NCBI GenBank assembly: GCA_002771995.1
Contig: PCRK01000167.1
Coordinates: forward strand, 1-35,198
Origin: Candidatus Sherwoodlollariibacterium unditelluris
GTDB taxonomy: Bacteria > Omnitrophota > Gorgyraeia > Gygaellales > Profunditerraquicolaceae
Reading direction: 5' to 3'
DNA length: 35,198 bases
Shown here: one piece after another, positions 34,321 through 35,198 of the stretch
Layout: every line of letters begins with the position of its first letter
Numbering within the stretch: position 1 is the first letter of the stretch
Made by a program: the position numbers and the translations under genes
Notes under the pieces: generated by a model
The model's database searches: none
Told to the model about the DNA's origin: nothing
The model's input: the letters and a program-made list of their open reading frames with translations, nothing else

Positions 34321-35016
34321 ATGATTAAAGATAATATCGTCAAGATTAAGGGACGGGTTGCTCTAGTCTGTTCTAAAATTAATAGGGATCTTTCCGGTAT
34401 TAAAATAGTTGCCGTAAGCAAAGGCAGGGGCATTGAAGATATAAAAGAGGCAATTGCCTGCGGCATAACTGACATCGGCGAAAACCGGGTCCAAGAAGCA
34501 ATTACTAAGTATAACGAATTACGAACCGGCGAACTGGCGAACCGGCGAACCATAGAATGGCATATGATCGGACATCTGCAAACGAATAAAGTAAAGGACG
34601 CGGTAGGGGTTTTTGATTTGATCCATTCTGTCGATAGTTTAGCTTTAGCGCGGGAAATCGATAAGCGGGCAGCTCGAATAAATAAAATTCAAGATATACT
34701 GATTGAGATAAAAACTTCGCGGGAAGCTACAAAATTTGGGTTAAATTCGGATAAAGCCTCGGAGGTTATTCAGGGTATATCTCAACTTCAGAATATCAAT
34801 ATAAAAGGATTGATGACCATTGCTCCGGTAGTTGAAAACCCTGAAGGCGCACGGCCTTATTTTAGAATGCTAAAAGAACTTAGAGACAGAATTAACAATA
34901 TGCAATTAGCTATATGCCATATGCGATATCTGTCCATGGGCATGACTGATGATTTTGAGGTAGCCATAGAAGAAGGCGCGGATATGATTAGAATCGGCAG
35001 GGCTATTTTTGATTAG
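34321..35016 (+). CDS. yggS: YggS/YlmE-family pyridoxal-phosphate homeostasis protein
   Basis: VAVSKGR (PLP lysine), GENRVQE, WHMIGHLQTNKVK, LSMGMTDDFEVAIEEGADMIRIGRAIF. Confidence 0.9.
   Translation: MIKDNIVKIKGRVALVCSKINRDLSGIKIVAVSKGRGIEDIKEAIACGITDIGENRVQEAITKYNELRTGELANRRTIEWHMIGHLQTNKVKDAVGVFDLIHSVDSLALAREIDKRAARINKIQDILIEIKTSREATKFGLNSDKASEVIQGISQLQNINIKGLMTIAPVVENPEGARPYFRMLKELRDRINNMQLAICHMRYLSMGMTDDFEVAIEEGADMIRIGRAIFD
34516..34559 (+). repeat. 8-nt-period tandem array (GAACYGGC-type) inside yggS
   Basis: GAACC/GAACT occur at 34523, 34531, 34539 and 34547, with GAATG at 34555 (cgaaccggcgaactggcgaaccggcgaacc). It encodes ...RTGELANRRT. Confidence 0.85.
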
Positions 35017-35198
35017 CTAGATATGTGTTGCAGTGGGGACTGTCCTGAATCCCCGGCGTTATCTTCAGGGGATTCATCCTGAGCGAAGCGAAGGACCTTC
35101 AAAGATAGGGCTAAGTCCCACGACAAGATGAGTATAATATGACAGGACTTTGTTAATTTTCGAGGCGTTGGATAAGCCTCTGGGATTTTATTTTTAAG

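Overview
This 35.2-kb window comes from a rather AT-rich bacterium, apparently diderm given a TolC-type outer-membrane protein and a lipobox lipoprotein. I call 33 CDS, all on the + strand. The left third holds two efflux modules. One is a 5'-truncated MacB-type pump with a TolC-like channel. The other is a YbhG/F/S/R-like set: a HlyD adaptor, two separate ABC ATPases and two ABC-2 permeases. The middle holds housekeeping genes: acyP-ligA, a lipoprotein, an MBL-fold hydrolase, xerD, a CCA/poly(A)-polymerase-family enzyme and rbfA-nrnA-ribF. The right half is a nearly complete dcw cluster: mraZ-rsmH-ftsL-ftsI-murE-murF-mraY-murD-ftsW-murG-[extra peptidase]-murC-murB-ddl-ftsQ-ftsA, followed by yggS. 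I see no rRNA or tRNA, no CRISPR array, no transposase, no phage genes, and no recognisable defence or toxin module. I cannot support a novel multi-gene protein system here. The unusual content is mostly non-coding. (1) A 413-bp GC-rich, heavily self-complementary insert flanked by 67-bp direct repeats splits the murB/ddl junction. (2) A family of at least seven related palindromic elements sits exactly on gene junctions; the 5' arm covers the upstream stop codon and the 3' arm carries the SD and start codon of the next gene. (3) The mraZ leader has a near-consensus promoter, 10-bp-periodic MraZ-box-like repeats and competing hairpins. (4) A secreted HExxH peptidase is translationally coupled between murG and murC. 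(5) ftsZ is absent from its canonical place after ftsA. (6) An 8-nt-period tandem repeat is shared by ddl and yggS. All functional readings of the non-coding elements are inference from sequence inspection. No database search or folding program was run.
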